Shown here: piece after piece, positions 45,185 to 57,858 of the stretch
How positions within the stretch are numbered: position 1 is the first letter of the stretch
How the letters are laid out: each line of letters begins with the position of its first letter
Source of the DNA: an uncultured Bacteroidota bacterium
GTDB lineage: Bacteria > Bacteroidota > Bacteroidia > Cytophagales > Cyclobacteriaceae
Reading direction: 5' to 3'
DNA: 64,000 nucleotides
Assembly (NCBI GenBank): GCA_963739105.1
Contig: CAVTZI010000045.1
Location: forward strand, 31,638-95,637
Notes under the pieces: model-generated
Databases searched by the model: none
Told to the model about the DNA's origin: nothing
What the model saw: the letters and a program-made list of their open reading frames with translations, nothing else
Program-made: the position numbers and the translations under genes

Positions 45185-46484
45185 ATGAGTAAAAAAGTTT
45201 TAATCATAGCATACTACTGGCCTCCGAGTGGGGGAAGCGGCGTTCAACGCTGGCTTAAGTTTGTAAAGTACCTTCCTCAGTTCGGGTGGGAACCATATGT
45301 TTTTACACCGGAGAATCCCTCATTTGCAATTCGTGATGAGTCTTTGTTGAAGGATGTTCCCGTTGAAGCGGAAGTAATTCGTTTTCCCATCTGGGAGCCT
45401 TACGAGTCTTTTTCGAAGCTCTCGGGTGCGATGGGTCAGAGAAAATCAGCAAGCCCTACAGATTTTGTCTCAACAAAAAACCAGTTCCTTATTTCAGCGA
45501 ATAAGCACTTTTATACGTGCTAATTTTTTTATACCCTGACCCGCGCGTTTTTTGGGTCCGGCCGTCGGTAAAATTCCTCAATGATTTTTTGAAAGAAAAT
45601 GGAATCCGAACAATCATCACGACGGGACCGCCTCATAGCATTCATCTGATCGGATATAATTTGAAAAAGAAAAATCCATCCCTCCGTTGGCTGGCTGATT
45701 TTCGCGATCCCTGGAGTGAATGGGGATTGCTCGATAGTCTTGAAGGTTAGTGCGCCCATCCGAAGTATCCATCGGAAATTGGAGGCAAAAGTGCTGACGA
45801 GGTGCTGATAAAATCATAACGATTACACCCTTTTACGTCAGAAGATTTGAAGCGCTTGCCCAACGAAAGGTTACATTACTTACAAACGGATATGATGAAG
45901 ACGATTTTAAAACATTAGTGATTCAACCCACTGAAAAATTCATCATTCGTCACGTAGGCATTGTGAATGAGAAATGTGATCCAAAACCGTTTATGGTGGC
46001 GATCCAAAAATTAATGGCGGACAATCCGGATTTTAAGTCGAAGCTGCAAATTGATTTTGTGGGGGAGGTTCATTCACATTTTAAAAATTTTGTTCTGGAT
46101 TCATCGGAGCTTTCGTCCGTCACAACGTTTACACCCTCCGTTCCGCATGACCAGTTAATTTCAATGTATGGGCAATCATCGTTGTTGCTATTAATTCTTA
46201 CAGGTTATAAGGATGCTGAAGGATATATGCCCGGTAAATTATTTGAGTACCTGGCAACCGGTTTGCCTGTTATGGGCACTGGTCCTACAAATGGAGATGC
46301 AGCAAGATTATTATCAGTTGCAGGGGCGGGTGAAATGATTGAAGGGGAGAACCAGGAAAGGATTAAGTTGAAGGTTTTAGAATATTTTACCGCATGGAGT
46401 ACAGGGAGCATAAAAATCCAGGTCGATGAAGTTCAGAAATATTCCAGGAAAAATATCACGAAGGAATTAATTGAATTATTCTGA
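45185..46484 (+). CDS. Glycosyltransferase family 4-like, copy 1 (indels)
   Basis: YYWPPSGGSGVQRWLKF, TGPPHS, ADFRDPW, PGKLFEY. Confidence 0.88.
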
Positions 46485-46532
46485 TCTTCAAGAGTCATAA
46501 ATAGCTTTAATTGCAGTCTGAATCCGTAAAGG

Positions 46533-46880
46533 TTGATTAGTAAAGGTTTTATTAAGAGTTCCGTGATCTACACACTGGCCGGTGCGTTGCCGATGGCCAG
46601 TGCACTGATTTTACTCCCATTTTATATTCATCATTTATCAACCGAACTATATGGTGCTTTAAACATCTACCTCGCATTTTCGTTGCTTGTCCAAATCTTC
46701 GTCACGTTTAGCTTTGATACTTCGCTGTACATTCATTTCCATGAGTTCAAGAATGATTTCAAAAAACTTTCCGTATTCGTGAGCTCAGCTTTTATTTTTA
46801 TGGCGATCACGGGGATTGGTCATAGGTTTAGCCTTTTCACTCTTGGGTGACTTCATGTTTAAGGTTGCCTTGCCGAAGAT
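46533..46880 (+). pseudogene. Polysaccharide flippase 5' fragment, truncated by the low-complexity segment
   Basis: MISKGFIKSSVIYTLAGALPMASALILLPFY...; breaks off at ~46880. Confidence 0.7.
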
Positions 46881-47790
46881 TGAAGAAAAGGGATAAAATT
46901 AAGTAATAGATATAAAAATAAAAGATGAGTTAAAGAATAAGGAAAGTTTTTTGAAATAATTTTTGATTAATGGAAATGAATGTAAGAGAGATATTAAAAG
47001 ATGAAAGTGAAGAAGATTTGGAAAAGAAAAGGAAATAGTAGGTAGATGTTTAAGGTAAATAAAGTTAAGTTGATAAATGATGAATATAAAATGGGAGTAA
47101 AATAAGTGTAATGGTATAGGTAAAATAAAGGTGAATGTGTAGATAAAGGAAATATTAATAAAATATTTAATAATAAATATTTAAGGATATAAGAATGAAA
47201 TTAAAGTTATATATGAAAATAGAAGATAAGAATAATAAAATTAATTATTTAGTGATATTTTTATAGGAATATTTATGAAATAAATAGAAATGGATTTTTA
47301 AAGATAAATGTTAATATATGAGTTAAAATATTTTGAAAAAATAAAATTAATATTTAAATGGTTATATAATTAAATAATTTAAAATGTGAATGAAAATGAT
47401 AATAATATAGATGAGTCAATGTAGGATAGGAAAAGAGATTATAAAAGGTAAAAAGGTAGAAAGGTAATAAAATAATTTAAAGGGAATATATATTAAAAAA
47501 AATTTATAAAATGTAAGAATTAAAAGAAAAAAAGATGATTTATAATAAATAGAAATTAAATGGTAAAGGGGAAAGGAAGGTGTAAAAGTTGTGAAGGAAG
47601 AAAGGTAAGATGATAAAAGAAAAAAATTTTTAAAATGAGAATGGAAATAGATTAAAAAATAAATGTGAAGATATGAATTAAATAAAGGATTATATAAGAT
47701 TAATTTTTGGATAGATAAGATAAAAGGTTTTGGATGAAATATATAATTAAAAATGAGAAAGTGAAGAATGATAAATTTTTAAGTGGGTTG
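46875..47790. other. Cytosine-depleted, A-rich low-complexity segment (probable assembly artefact)
   Basis: About 910 bp with a single C seen on the + strand; no coherent ORF. Confidence 0.85.
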
Positions 47791-48687
47791 AAAATGGAAT
47801 CAGAACCGTGATAACTACCGGACCGCCCCACAGCATTCACCTGATAGGGTACAAGTTGAAGTATAAAAATCGATCCCTTCGATGGTTGGCGGATTTCCGC
47901 GACCCCTGGAGTGAATGGGGACTGCTCGACAGCCTGAATGTGAGTGAGCCAATTCGAGAGCATTCATCGGAAGCTTGGAAGTTAAAGTTCTGAAAACGGC
48001 TGACAAGGTTATAACAATCACTCCATTCTACGTTAGAAAATTTGAAGCTCTTGCACAAAGAAAAGTAACATTGCTAACCAATGGATATGATGAGGAAGAT
48101 TTTAAAACATTTGTCGTTCAATCGCCTGAGAAATTTACCATTCGGCATGTGGGCATCGTAAATGAAAGATGCGATCCGAGACCACTTATGACCGTGATTG
48201 AAAAACTAATGGCGGACAATCCGGAGTTCAAATCGAAGCTTCGCGTTGACTTCGTCGGTGAAGTCCACTCACAGTTTAAAGATTTTGTACTGGCATCATC
48301 AGGAGCTTTTGTCCGTCACGACCTTTACACTGCATCCGTCACCCATGAGCAATTGATCCCCATGTATGGGAAATCCTCGCTGTTGGTATTAATTCTTACC
48401 GGTTATAAAGACGCTGAAGGCTATATGCCCGGCAAACTGTTTGAGTACTTAGCCACCGGGTTACCCATTCTGGGAGTTGGACCCGCAGGTGGAGATGCAG
48501 CAGCACTGCTAGCGTCTACCGGGGCAGGTGAAATGATTGAAGGTCAGAATCAGAAAAGCGATTGAAGATGAGAATTATGGAATGTTTTTCAGCCTGGAAG
48601 ATAAAGGAATCGCGACTGTCCTAGGACGATGAAGTTTTGAAGTACTCAAGAAAAAATATCACAAAGGAATTAATTGAATTGTTCTGA
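47790..48687 (+). pseudogene. Glycosyltransferase copy 2, 5'-truncated
   Basis: Diverged copy of ~45590-46484 (TGPPHS, ADFRDPW, PGKLFEY). Confidence 0.75.
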
Positions 48688-48735
48688 TCTTCATTCGTCA
48701 TAATTCACTTTAATTGCAGTCTGAATCAGCAAAGG

Positions 48736-50181
48736 TTGATTAGTAAAAGCTTCATTAAGAGTTCTATTATTTACACGCTGGCCGGAGCCTTGCCGATGGC
48801 AAGCGCCCTTATCCTACTTCCGTTTTATATTCATCACCTATCAACGGAAGTGTATGGTGCTTTGTCGATTTACCTCGTGTTTTCACTCCTCGTTCAAATC
48901 ATCGTGACATTTAGTTTTGATACTTCTGCTCTACATACACTTCCACGAGTTCAAGAATGATTTCAAAAAACTTTCTGTATTCGTTAGTTCCGCTTTTATT
49001 TTTATGGTGACTTACGGGAATTGTCATTGGTCCTGGTCTTCACAATTTGGGTGACTTAATGTTTCAAGGTTGCGTTACCCGGGAAAAATATTTCGTTCTT
49101 TCCCTATGGCCTGGCTTCTGTTGGTGCGGGCGCATTTCAAGCCTGTTTAAAGTGCATAGCAGCTTATTGCAAAGCCGGGAGAAACCCGAAACTTTCTTTT
49201 GGTCGAATGTTTTGTCATTCACGATGATTGCATCCTTTACGATCATCGGATTAGAACTTTATCCCTAATTCGCTCATGGGGCCTGTAGTCGGTAGGTTGC
49301 TTGCAGCCATTATTGCTGGAATTTGGGTTTTAGCAAGGATCTTTCGGGAATTTGGATTTCGGTATGATTTTACCTGGCTTCGATCTTCGTTTGGTTTTAA
49401 TACCTACACTTTTATTTATCAGATTCTTCAATGGATCATAAATTATTTTGATCGGATCGTAATGCTTTTGATATTGTCGCTTGCGGATGTTGGTGTATAT
49501 GTTTTTGCAACACAATGTTTGATTGTGCTTGAATTATTAATGAACAGCTTGCACAATTCGTTTTATCCAAAAGTCGTAAGCGCTGTGATGGAATCAGGCA
49601 CGAAAAACAGTCAACCCAGCATATAAACAGGTATTATCATGGACTGACTGCCATCATCATGCTATCAGCGTGTATGGGGGTGCTCATGCTTCCCATGGGC
49701 CATCGAGACATTTGTGCATAAGCATCATACCAGGAGACAATTCCCTACTTGCCATTTCTGGCAACGATATATTTCTTTCGAACGATGAGGCTTTATTTCA
49801 CGGTGCCATATGGCATATTGAAATACACAAAACCACTTGCCAGTCGATCTACGTTATCGTGGCGGCTATTAAAATTATTTTGATGATTTTGCTTATGCCT
49901 TCGTTTGGAGTATTTGGCGTTATCATAGCAGCGTTGACTGGCGCGGCATCGAAATAGTTTTGCTTCGAAACGGAATAAAGATATGTTTGGTTCCGGTTTA
50001 ATTTTTTCAAGATTGTCGGTGCGCCAATGATTTTATTTATAATGATCATTGTGTTGGAGCCGATGATGGGTAAAAGTTATCCTTATACCATTCACTTTGT
50101 TTATTTGTAAGTTGTGTCGGCCTGTTATGGTGGGCATACCGGAATGAAATTCAGTTACTCAATCCGTTACAGTCCCGATGA
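48736..50181 (+). CDS. Polysaccharide flippase (Wzx-like), many indels
   Basis: Same N-terminus as 46533; multi-TM fragments, FDR, VGVY, FGVFG. Confidence 0.75.
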
Positions 50182-50230
50182 ATAAAATTTGTAACATTGC
50201 GATACGATTAGTCTTACTTTGTACGCTTAA

Positions 50231-51316
50231 ATGATACCAGTTACGAAACCCTTTCTTCCACCGATTCAAGAATACGAAAAATACCTTCAAGGCATCTGGA
50301 CCCGTAATTGGCTGACAAACAACGGTCCCTTGGTCAATGAACTGGAGCTCGCGTTAAAGGAATATTTGAAGATCAAGCATTTGCTTTTTGTAACCAATGG
50401 GACAATCGCCATACAACTTGCCATCAAGGCCCTTGGATTAACAGGTAAAATCATAACCACACCTTTTTCATATGTGGCTACAACCAGCAGTATCGTATGG
50501 GAGGGTTGTGAACCCGTATTTGTCGACATTGATCCGGGTACCTGCAACATTGATCCCTCAAAAATAGAAGCACGCTATCAAACCTGATACCTGCGCGATA
50601 CTTGCCACGCATGTATACGGAAATCCCTGTGACGTTGTAGCCATCGATGAAATTGCAAAAAGAAAAAACCTGAAGGTTATTTATGATGGAGCCCATGCTT
50701 TCGGTGTGAGGTTGAATGGTAAATCAATTTTTGAATATGGTGATATAAGCACCTGTAGTTTTCATGCGACGAAACTTTTTCATACGGTGGAAGGAGGAGC
50801 AGTGGTAACAAATGATCCGGACCTTTTGAAACGAATGGCCTACCTTAGAAATTTTGGACACGATGGCCCTGAACGTTTTGCAGAATTGGGAATCAATGGA
50901 AAGAATTCGGAATTCCATGCGGCTATGGGGCTCGTCAATTTGAAGTACGTCGATCAGATTATTGCGACCCGAAAAATTTGTCGGCGCATTACGATAAATT
51001 CCTCACCAGACGTTCCAAGGACATAAACCTACATCGTTTCCGGACGTTACATACAACTATGCTTATTATCCCGTAATTTTTAATGAGGAAAAATTATTGG
51101 TAAAAGTAGTTGAAACGCTTGAACCAAAATTGGATCCACCCCAGGCGATATTTTTTTCCGTCGTTGGAGGACTTGCCCTATATACATCAGAAATCGCGAT
51201 GTGAAGTTGTAGACTTCATCGCGAAACGCGCCCTTTGCCTTCCACTTTTTGATACGCTTACAACGGAAGAGATTGATATGATATTCAGAATCATATTACG
51301 TGTTCAAAATAATTAA
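50231..51316 (+). CDS. DegT/DnrJ/EryC1/StrS aminotransferase, VioA-like (indels)
   Basis: IPVTKPFLP, WLTNNGP, TTPFSYVAT, SFHATKLFHTVEGG, GINGK. Confidence 0.9.
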
Positions 51317-51416
51317 GCGTATGCAGTTTAAGGGTGGACACTTCAGGACAGCAGCAACGTTAGGTGGACGAAGAAGTAATCTTTCGACCTTGAAATTTTC
51401 CACGAATGTGTAGCCC

Positions 51417-52504
51417 ATGAACTTACACATTGTCCCGGATAATACTTTTATCAATAAATTTTGTGAAAATCTGCACGAACTTGGTCTATGGGAGAATAAT
51501 AAGATCATTGTAAGATCGAATGACAATTCCTTAAATCCATAAAGCACAATCTCCTTTTGCCCCCTTTATACTCAATCATTTTCAGTCATTGGTAGGAGAC
51601 ACATTCGACGATATACAAAGTATTCGTGCATTATTTGACACCACTGTTTATCGATGGGTTGCCAAACATCAAATTTCGGGAAGTTAATTGGATGGTTTGG
51701 GGTGGTGACCTGTACAATCTTCCAGCGTTAGATCAAGTTATGCTATGAACCTATGACCTGGCAAAATATGTGAAAAAGAATCGGTCAGGCGCAGAGCGGC
51801 TTTATAATTTGAAAATTAAGTTGACCCAAAGTGCATTTCCGGCAAAGAGCATACTCAAAAATAAAAAATGTACTTACCTGGATGGACGAGGAATATAAAT
51901 TTGCCCTCACACCACTTACCCGTCGACGCTGAGTCATAAATTTTTCTTTTATGAAAATCAGCTTCCCTATAGATCAACTGGATCCATTGCTGCAATCAGT
52001 GTCACAACTCCAGAAAAGCGTTCACTTATCCTTGGTAATTCTGGATCACCGACCAACAACCATCTCGATGCGGTACAATTTCTAGAAGATAATCACGTGC
52101 AGGCCGAATTTGCTCTTCCCGTTTCCTATGGAGACAAGCGCTACATATCCTTTCTGAAAAAGCGAAATTAAGTTTAATTATGGTAAAGTAGAATTTGTGG
52201 ATCGTTACATGGCTTTTGAAGAGTATTTAAATTTTTTAGGGTCGACTTCGATGGCTTGATAATGAATACCGTTCGACCACAGGGCTATGGAAATATTTTA
52301 ATGATGATGTACATCGGCAAGCCAGTTTTTTTTAACTCGAAAAATATTTCATTGCCGGATTTAGATGCTACGGGATTGAAATGGTTGCCTTTCGAAAGTT
52401 TAAAATCGATTGATGGCCTTGAGAATGCGAATAATAAGGAAGCCGTAATGAAATTGCTTTCGCATGAGCGGTTGTTAAAAGAGTATCAAATTCTTTTTCA
52501 TTAA
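51417..52504 (+). CDS. WecF-like TDP-Fuc4NAc transferase family glycosyltransferase (many indels)
   Basis: Fragments WMVWGGDLYN, LGNSGSPTNNHLDA, PVSYG, RPQGYGNI. Confidence 0.65.
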
Positions 52505-52621
52505 TGTAAATTGAGTTTGTGTTATATCATTTTTACGGCGCTCAAACCGGTAAGGGAAAGTTTTCTTATTTTCAATGAAACGCAAGAATTTATACTTTAG
52601 ATTGTGGAATATTAGATAAAT

Positions 52622-53259
52622 ATGGACATCAGTAGATACGGAAAAGTGTTAGTTCTTGCACCTCACACAGATGATGGTGAATTAGGTGCTGGTGGAACGA
52701 TTGTACGATTAATTGAATCTGGAGCGGAGGTTTTTTATGCGGCTTTTTCGACTGCGGAGACATCAGTACCAGAGGGCTTTCCTAAGGACATTCTGAAAAC
52801 TGAGGTGAAAAACGCTACCCTTAAACTAGGAATAGCCAGTGAAGATTGCTAATATATAATTACGAAGTCCGCAAGCTTAATTATGTAAGGCAAGAAATAT
52901 TAGAAGAACTGATTCGCCTTCGTAGACAAATAGATCCAGACTTGGTGCTTTTACCTTCATTGAATGATATACATCAGGACCATAGTACTATAGCCCATGA
53001 AGGGCTCCGAGCATTCAAACAAAAGACAATTCTCGGGTATGAGCTGATTTGGAACAATTTGACTTTTAGTACAAGTTGTTTTGTTAAGTTAGAAGAGAGA
53101 CACATTAAAAAAAAATGTGAAGCGCTAAAGGAATATGCTTCTCAGCAGCACAGAGATTATATCTCTGAAGAATTTGTTTATTCCCTAGCGACTGCCAGAG
53201 GTGTTCAAATAGGCAATAAATATGCTGAGGCCTTTGAAGTAATAAGATTAATATTTTAA
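52622..53259 (+). CDS. PIG-L family deacetylase (one indel)
   Basis: APHTDDGELGAGG, DIHQDH, YAEAFEV. Confidence 0.9.
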
Positions 53260-53262
53260 GTA

Positions 53263-54173
53263 ATGGGGATAAAATTAAATGATATTTTAAATAGGCTTCC
53301 CGCTGTAGAAGTAATCGGTAATACTAATAAGGTAATTACAGCGGTGGTTTCGCCTACGAAGAAAGATATTGATGAGGGGGAAATCATGTGGATATCCGAA
53401 AAGAATATTGATTTATTAAAGGAAATAAATCTTGAGAAAAATTATTTGTAGTGCGGCAGCCAGGAATAACTTTAAACAGACTTGTACTTATTTGTTAGTA
53501 AATAATCCGAGATAGTATTTCTTGCAAATTCTCGAGAACTTCTTTGTGGAGAGAAGAACTTCCCGTGATTTCTAACCAAAGTTTAATTGACCCAACGGTT
53601 AAACTAGGCAAAAACGTTTCAATAGGTTCCGGGGTTATTGTTGAACGGGATTGTGAAATTGGTGGACGAGACCATCATCGATTCGAACACTGTAATTAAA
53701 CGAAAAACAAAAATTGGAAACCGCGTTAAAATCGGCGCCAATAATACAATTGGCGGAGTTGGTTTTGGCTATGAAAAGAATGAAAGCGGTCAATTTGAAC
53801 TGATTCCACACATCGGAAATGTTGTAATTGAAGATGACGTCGAGATCGGTAATAATAGCGCAATAGACAGAGCCGTTTTAGGTAGTACCCTAATAAGAAA
53901 AAATGCTAAGATTGATAATCTCGTGCACATTGCGCACGGGGCGTAGAGATTGGTGAAAATTCTTTAATTATTGCTAACGCCATGATTGCCGGAAGCGTCG
54001 TTGTAGGAAAAAATGTTTGGGTAGCTCCCTCCGCCTCTGTGCTTAATAAATTAACCATCGATGATCACGCGACCATAGGAATGGGAGCGGTTGTGATAAG
54101 CAACGTTTCTCCATCGCAAACTGTAGTCGGAAATCCAGCAAGGGACATCTCAAGTTTAAAAAAAAGTAATTAG
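53263..54173 (+). CDS. LpxD-like hexapeptide-repeat N-acyltransferase (indels)
   Basis: [45 protein letters not shown]. Confidence 0.85.
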
Positions 54174-55322
54174 GATAATTGCCTAAGCATTTTGAGTAAC
54201 AGAGCTTTGTTAATATCCGAATTCATTTCCTCAGCCGCATGTTGCGCGTTTTCCTTAATTTCATGATATCTGCCGTCGTTAGCTTGTTTAATTCTTGAGC
54301 GAAGCCTTGCGCAGTGAAATCTTTTGATACAATACCAATTTTATATTTGTCTGTTATGTGAGCGATTTCTTTTAAAGGACCAACTGCCATTCCCATTCTT
54401 GCTTGAATACAGTCGAATAGCTTGTTAGGGAGGCCATTTTTATAATTAAAATTAACGGGAGGCACAAGTATAATTCCCATGTCGTAATGCTTATTAAGAA
54501 AGGCTATAATTTCCAACTTTTAAGCGCAGGCGGACTTCTTATTCTTCCAGTGCGCGATGCTTATTTTTAAATTCTTCAAAATATGCTCTGGTTTTTTTTG
54601 AAGAATTTTCGGGCAACATATAAATAAGATCGAGGGATATCTGTCATCCAATGTATTAAAAAGATTTGACCATTAGGTCGGGGCTACGTGACAAAGTAAA
54701 AATTCCATGATGCACAAGTTTAATCGTGTTTCCCTCTTGAATTTTTTTGTGGAGACAGTTGAAAATAGTTAGCTGCATTTGTAATTACAATTGGCTTTAT
54801 TCCAAAGTGAATTTCGTATTCATTAGCTAGCCCATTATTTATGGTTGACATACCATCCACTTTTCGGAATGTATCTGTTGCATAGATAAACGTTGAACCG
54901 CCTGAAAAAAATGCGCCAGTATAATCTATCTTAAATTGCCGTGGGGCGTACTCATGCGCGTCAAAAAAAATTTTAAGATTTTGAATTCGAAATTTTAAAA
55001 GCTAGTGGAAGGCTTTCTATATATTCGCGATGTGATATCATATCAAATCCTTTGTTCAGGTCGGCAGCATGTTTATGATAGGGGAAAAGTATACGATAAG
55101 CAACGTCATGCATCCCTAGAAGAAGGAAAATAGAGCATATGGCTTTTTTTAAAAACGTAAGTTTTGTCGGCTGGACTTTTAATAAATTTTAACGCCAGGT
55201 GAGTCATAGGCATCAAAGCAAAAAACTGTAACGTCGTAGTGATCTTTTATAAAGTTAACCTGACGTGTTACACGAGCATCCGACTTCAGATTAGAAAAGG
55301 CCAGAATCAGAATACTCTTCAT
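54170..55322 (-). CDS. Glycosyltransferase (many indels; ends approximate)
   Basis: MKSILILAFSNLKSDARVTRQV, FDAHEYAP, LPNKLFDCIQA. Confidence 0.7.
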
Positions 55323-55411
55323 GAACGTTTGCTTATTTGTTGATTGCAAAATGTTATTTCAGGTTAAATTTAGCATTAGTAGGTTAACTTTTTTTTGAAA
55401 AATTAATCCGT

Positions 55412-55419
55412 TATATTTG
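55412..55419 (+). promoter_or_regulatory. Bacteroidota -7 element for the LamG gene
   Basis: TATATTTG matches TAnnTTTG, about 20 nt before the ATG. Confidence 0.5.
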
Positions 55420-55437
55420 CTGTATTTTAAAATAGTT

Positions 55438-57247
55438 ATGCGTAGTATTTTCTTGTGTTTCTTCTCTCTTTTTCTTCCTTCTTTTTTGTATAGTCAAACC
55501 GATAATATAGGGTCGGGTCATGCCATTAGTTTTGATGGGATCGATGATTATATTGATCTGGGTAACATTTATGATGACCTGTCCCTACCGTTTTCAGTTT
55601 CTGCATGGATTTATATAGACCCTGAAACAACTGTTGCGGGCCCTGTGTTTGTGAGTCCAGGATAACCCCGATCCGATCTATAATGGGTTTTGGTTTTTGC
55701 CACACCCACTGCCTTATTTATCGAGTATGGTGATGGTCGTGGTGAAAATCTTCCTGCATACCGTAAAGGGAAGACGACACCGGTTTCATTTATGAAAGGC
55801 AGATGGAATCATGTATGCGCTGTCATGAAAGGAGCTTACGACATTGATTTGTATGTTAACGGCTTTAACGTTGGCGGCGGATTTCCGGTGACTCTGATCA
55901 GCCCATGGCCTCCGCATTCCCCCGAATGATGTTGCAAAAGTTGAAGATACTTTTTATCCAAAAACGGAATCACTTATCGGTTTAAGGGAATCATGGATGA
56001 ACTACGGGTCTGGAACTATGCGTTAACGGAAAATCAGGTTCGACAGACCATGTGCAAGAAATTAACCGGACAAGAGCCCGGCCTGATCGGATACTGGACC
56101 TTTGATGAAACCACGGGAAATATTTTAAACGATAAATCTCTAAAACATTTTAATGGACTATTAAAAGGTAACCCTAAACGAGTTTTCTCCGGCGCTCCGG
56201 TGGGCGATCAGAGCGTTTTTACTTATACTAACACATGGACTGGCAAATCATTATCCCTAATTGATAATGATTATAAAATTGCTGTCGATAACATTCGTGG
56301 TAACCCGGAAGGAATTCACCTTTATTCTGTAAATAGTATACCTAGTCAAACAGCAGGCCTGAATTTATCGGACATAAATGAACCGTATTTTGGAGTATTT
56401 GTTGCAATGGGACTGACGATAATTTGTTCGATGCTTCGCTCACCTACAAAGGCACTGAATCATGTGAAGTATTTAGCAGAGCGGACAATAGTATCTCTGC
56501 CTGGACGACAGCTAGTCTTCCGCTGAAAGTAATTGCAACGCAGCGAATTTATTTTTTTGCCTGGAACTCCCGTCAACTTAAATCTCGGCGCAGATAAAGT
56601 TTTATGTGGCGCATCGTCTCACACGTTGAGTACAGGCATCACCGACCCAGAAATTTCATTTCAATGGAGTAGTGGTCAAAATACTCCTCAAATCGTTGTA
56701 ACTAAAACCGGTAGTTACTGGGTTAAAGCCTCCTCAAGTTGTGGCAGCATTTCGGGTACCGTTAATATTATTATTGAAAAAATTCCAAAAGACATCGCGT
56801 TTCCTGAGGATGAGGTTCTTTGCACTATTAGTCCGAGGATTCTCAATCCGGTAAGTGATACCGAAGGTTTGGATTTTACGTGGCAAGATGGTTCTAAACT
56901 ACCTACCTACGAAGTTACCGATTTTGGCAGTATTGGGTCGTAGTTAAAAATGCATGTGGAGAAGTCCGAGGTTCAATAAATTTTTCCAAAATTAATTTTA
57001 CTGAGGGAGCAATTCCGAATGTAATTACACCAAACGGTGATCCATATAATGAACGTTTTTTAGTAGACGAAAAAATAAAAGGACTTGTCTCTTTCGAAGT
57101 GTTCAACAGATGGGGAAGCCTTATATACAGTGCACCTCAATACAATAATGATTGGAGCGGAGCGAATCTTGCAAGTGGAATTTATTTCTACAGGCTTTTG
57201 GGAAATTGTATTGAGAGAAAAAAGGATCGATAAGTATCTTAAAATAA
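55438..57247 (+). CDS. LamG-domain surface protein with gliding-motility/T9SS type-B C-terminal domain (indels)
   Basis: SFDGIDDYI, WNHV, MDELRVWNYAL, LIGYWTFDE; C-terminal IPNVITPNGD, FNRWG, SGIYFY. Confidence 0.8.
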
Positions 57248-57254
57248 TTCAATA

Positions 57255-57803
57255 CTAACTTTTCAATCGGGAAGGATTATCCTTCAAGAAGGCTTCCCAC
57301 GATTTGCTCTTGCTTTTTATTTCTGCCTTTTGAAAGTGATGGCAAACAGCTACTGCTAAGGCGTCTGTTGCGTCTAAAAGCTTCGGCAGTTCTTTGATCG
57401 TAAAGAGGGTCATTAACATCCTGGCTACTTGTTCTTTGGAAGCATTGCCATTGCCCGTTACAGACTGCTTCACACGTTTCGGGGCATACTCTACAATGGG
57501 AATTTCGCGTGAAAGGGCAGCAGACATCGCCACACCTTGAGCTCTGCCCAATTTGAGCATGGATTGAACATTCTTTCCAAAGAAAGGTGCTTCCAGCGCT
57601 ACTTCATCAGGGTGAAAATCATCAATGAGACTTAATACGCGCTCGAAAATCTTTTTCAGCCGAAGTTCATGACTTTCATATTTGTTTAAGTGAATGACGC
57701 CAAACTGAAAAAGGTCAATTTTTGATTTCCGTACCATGATAATTCCGTAACCCATTACATTGGTGCCCGGATCCAGGCCGAGAATAATCCTTTCTTTTAT
57801 CAT
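57255..57803 (-). CDS. ruvC: Holliday junction resolvase
   Basis: [38 protein letters not shown]. Confidence 0.97.
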   Translation of the reverse strand: MIKERIILGLDPGTNVMGYGIIMVRKSKIDLFQFGVIHLNKYESHELRLKKIFERVLSLIDDFHPDEVALEAPFFGKNVQSMLKLGRAQGVAMSAALSREIPIVEYAPKRVKQSVTGNGNASKEQVARMLMTLFTIKELPKLLDATDALAVAVCHHFQKAEIKSKSKSWEAFLKDNPSRLKS

Positions 57804-57858
57804 TTTTCCCACGGGTTCAAGATAGGCAGCGTTTATAAATTATTGAAATTGCAGTCGC

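Noticed and set aside
46875-47790. C-free tract as cytosine-deamination hypermutation or a real gene
   Set aside because: It is A-rich rather than T-rich, does not map cleanly as a C-to-T copy of neighbouring DNA, and has no credible ORF.
45590-49085. Duplicated segment as a DGR template/variable repeat pair
   Set aside because: Too long, differences are not adenine-specific and are mostly synonymous, and there is no reverse transcriptase.
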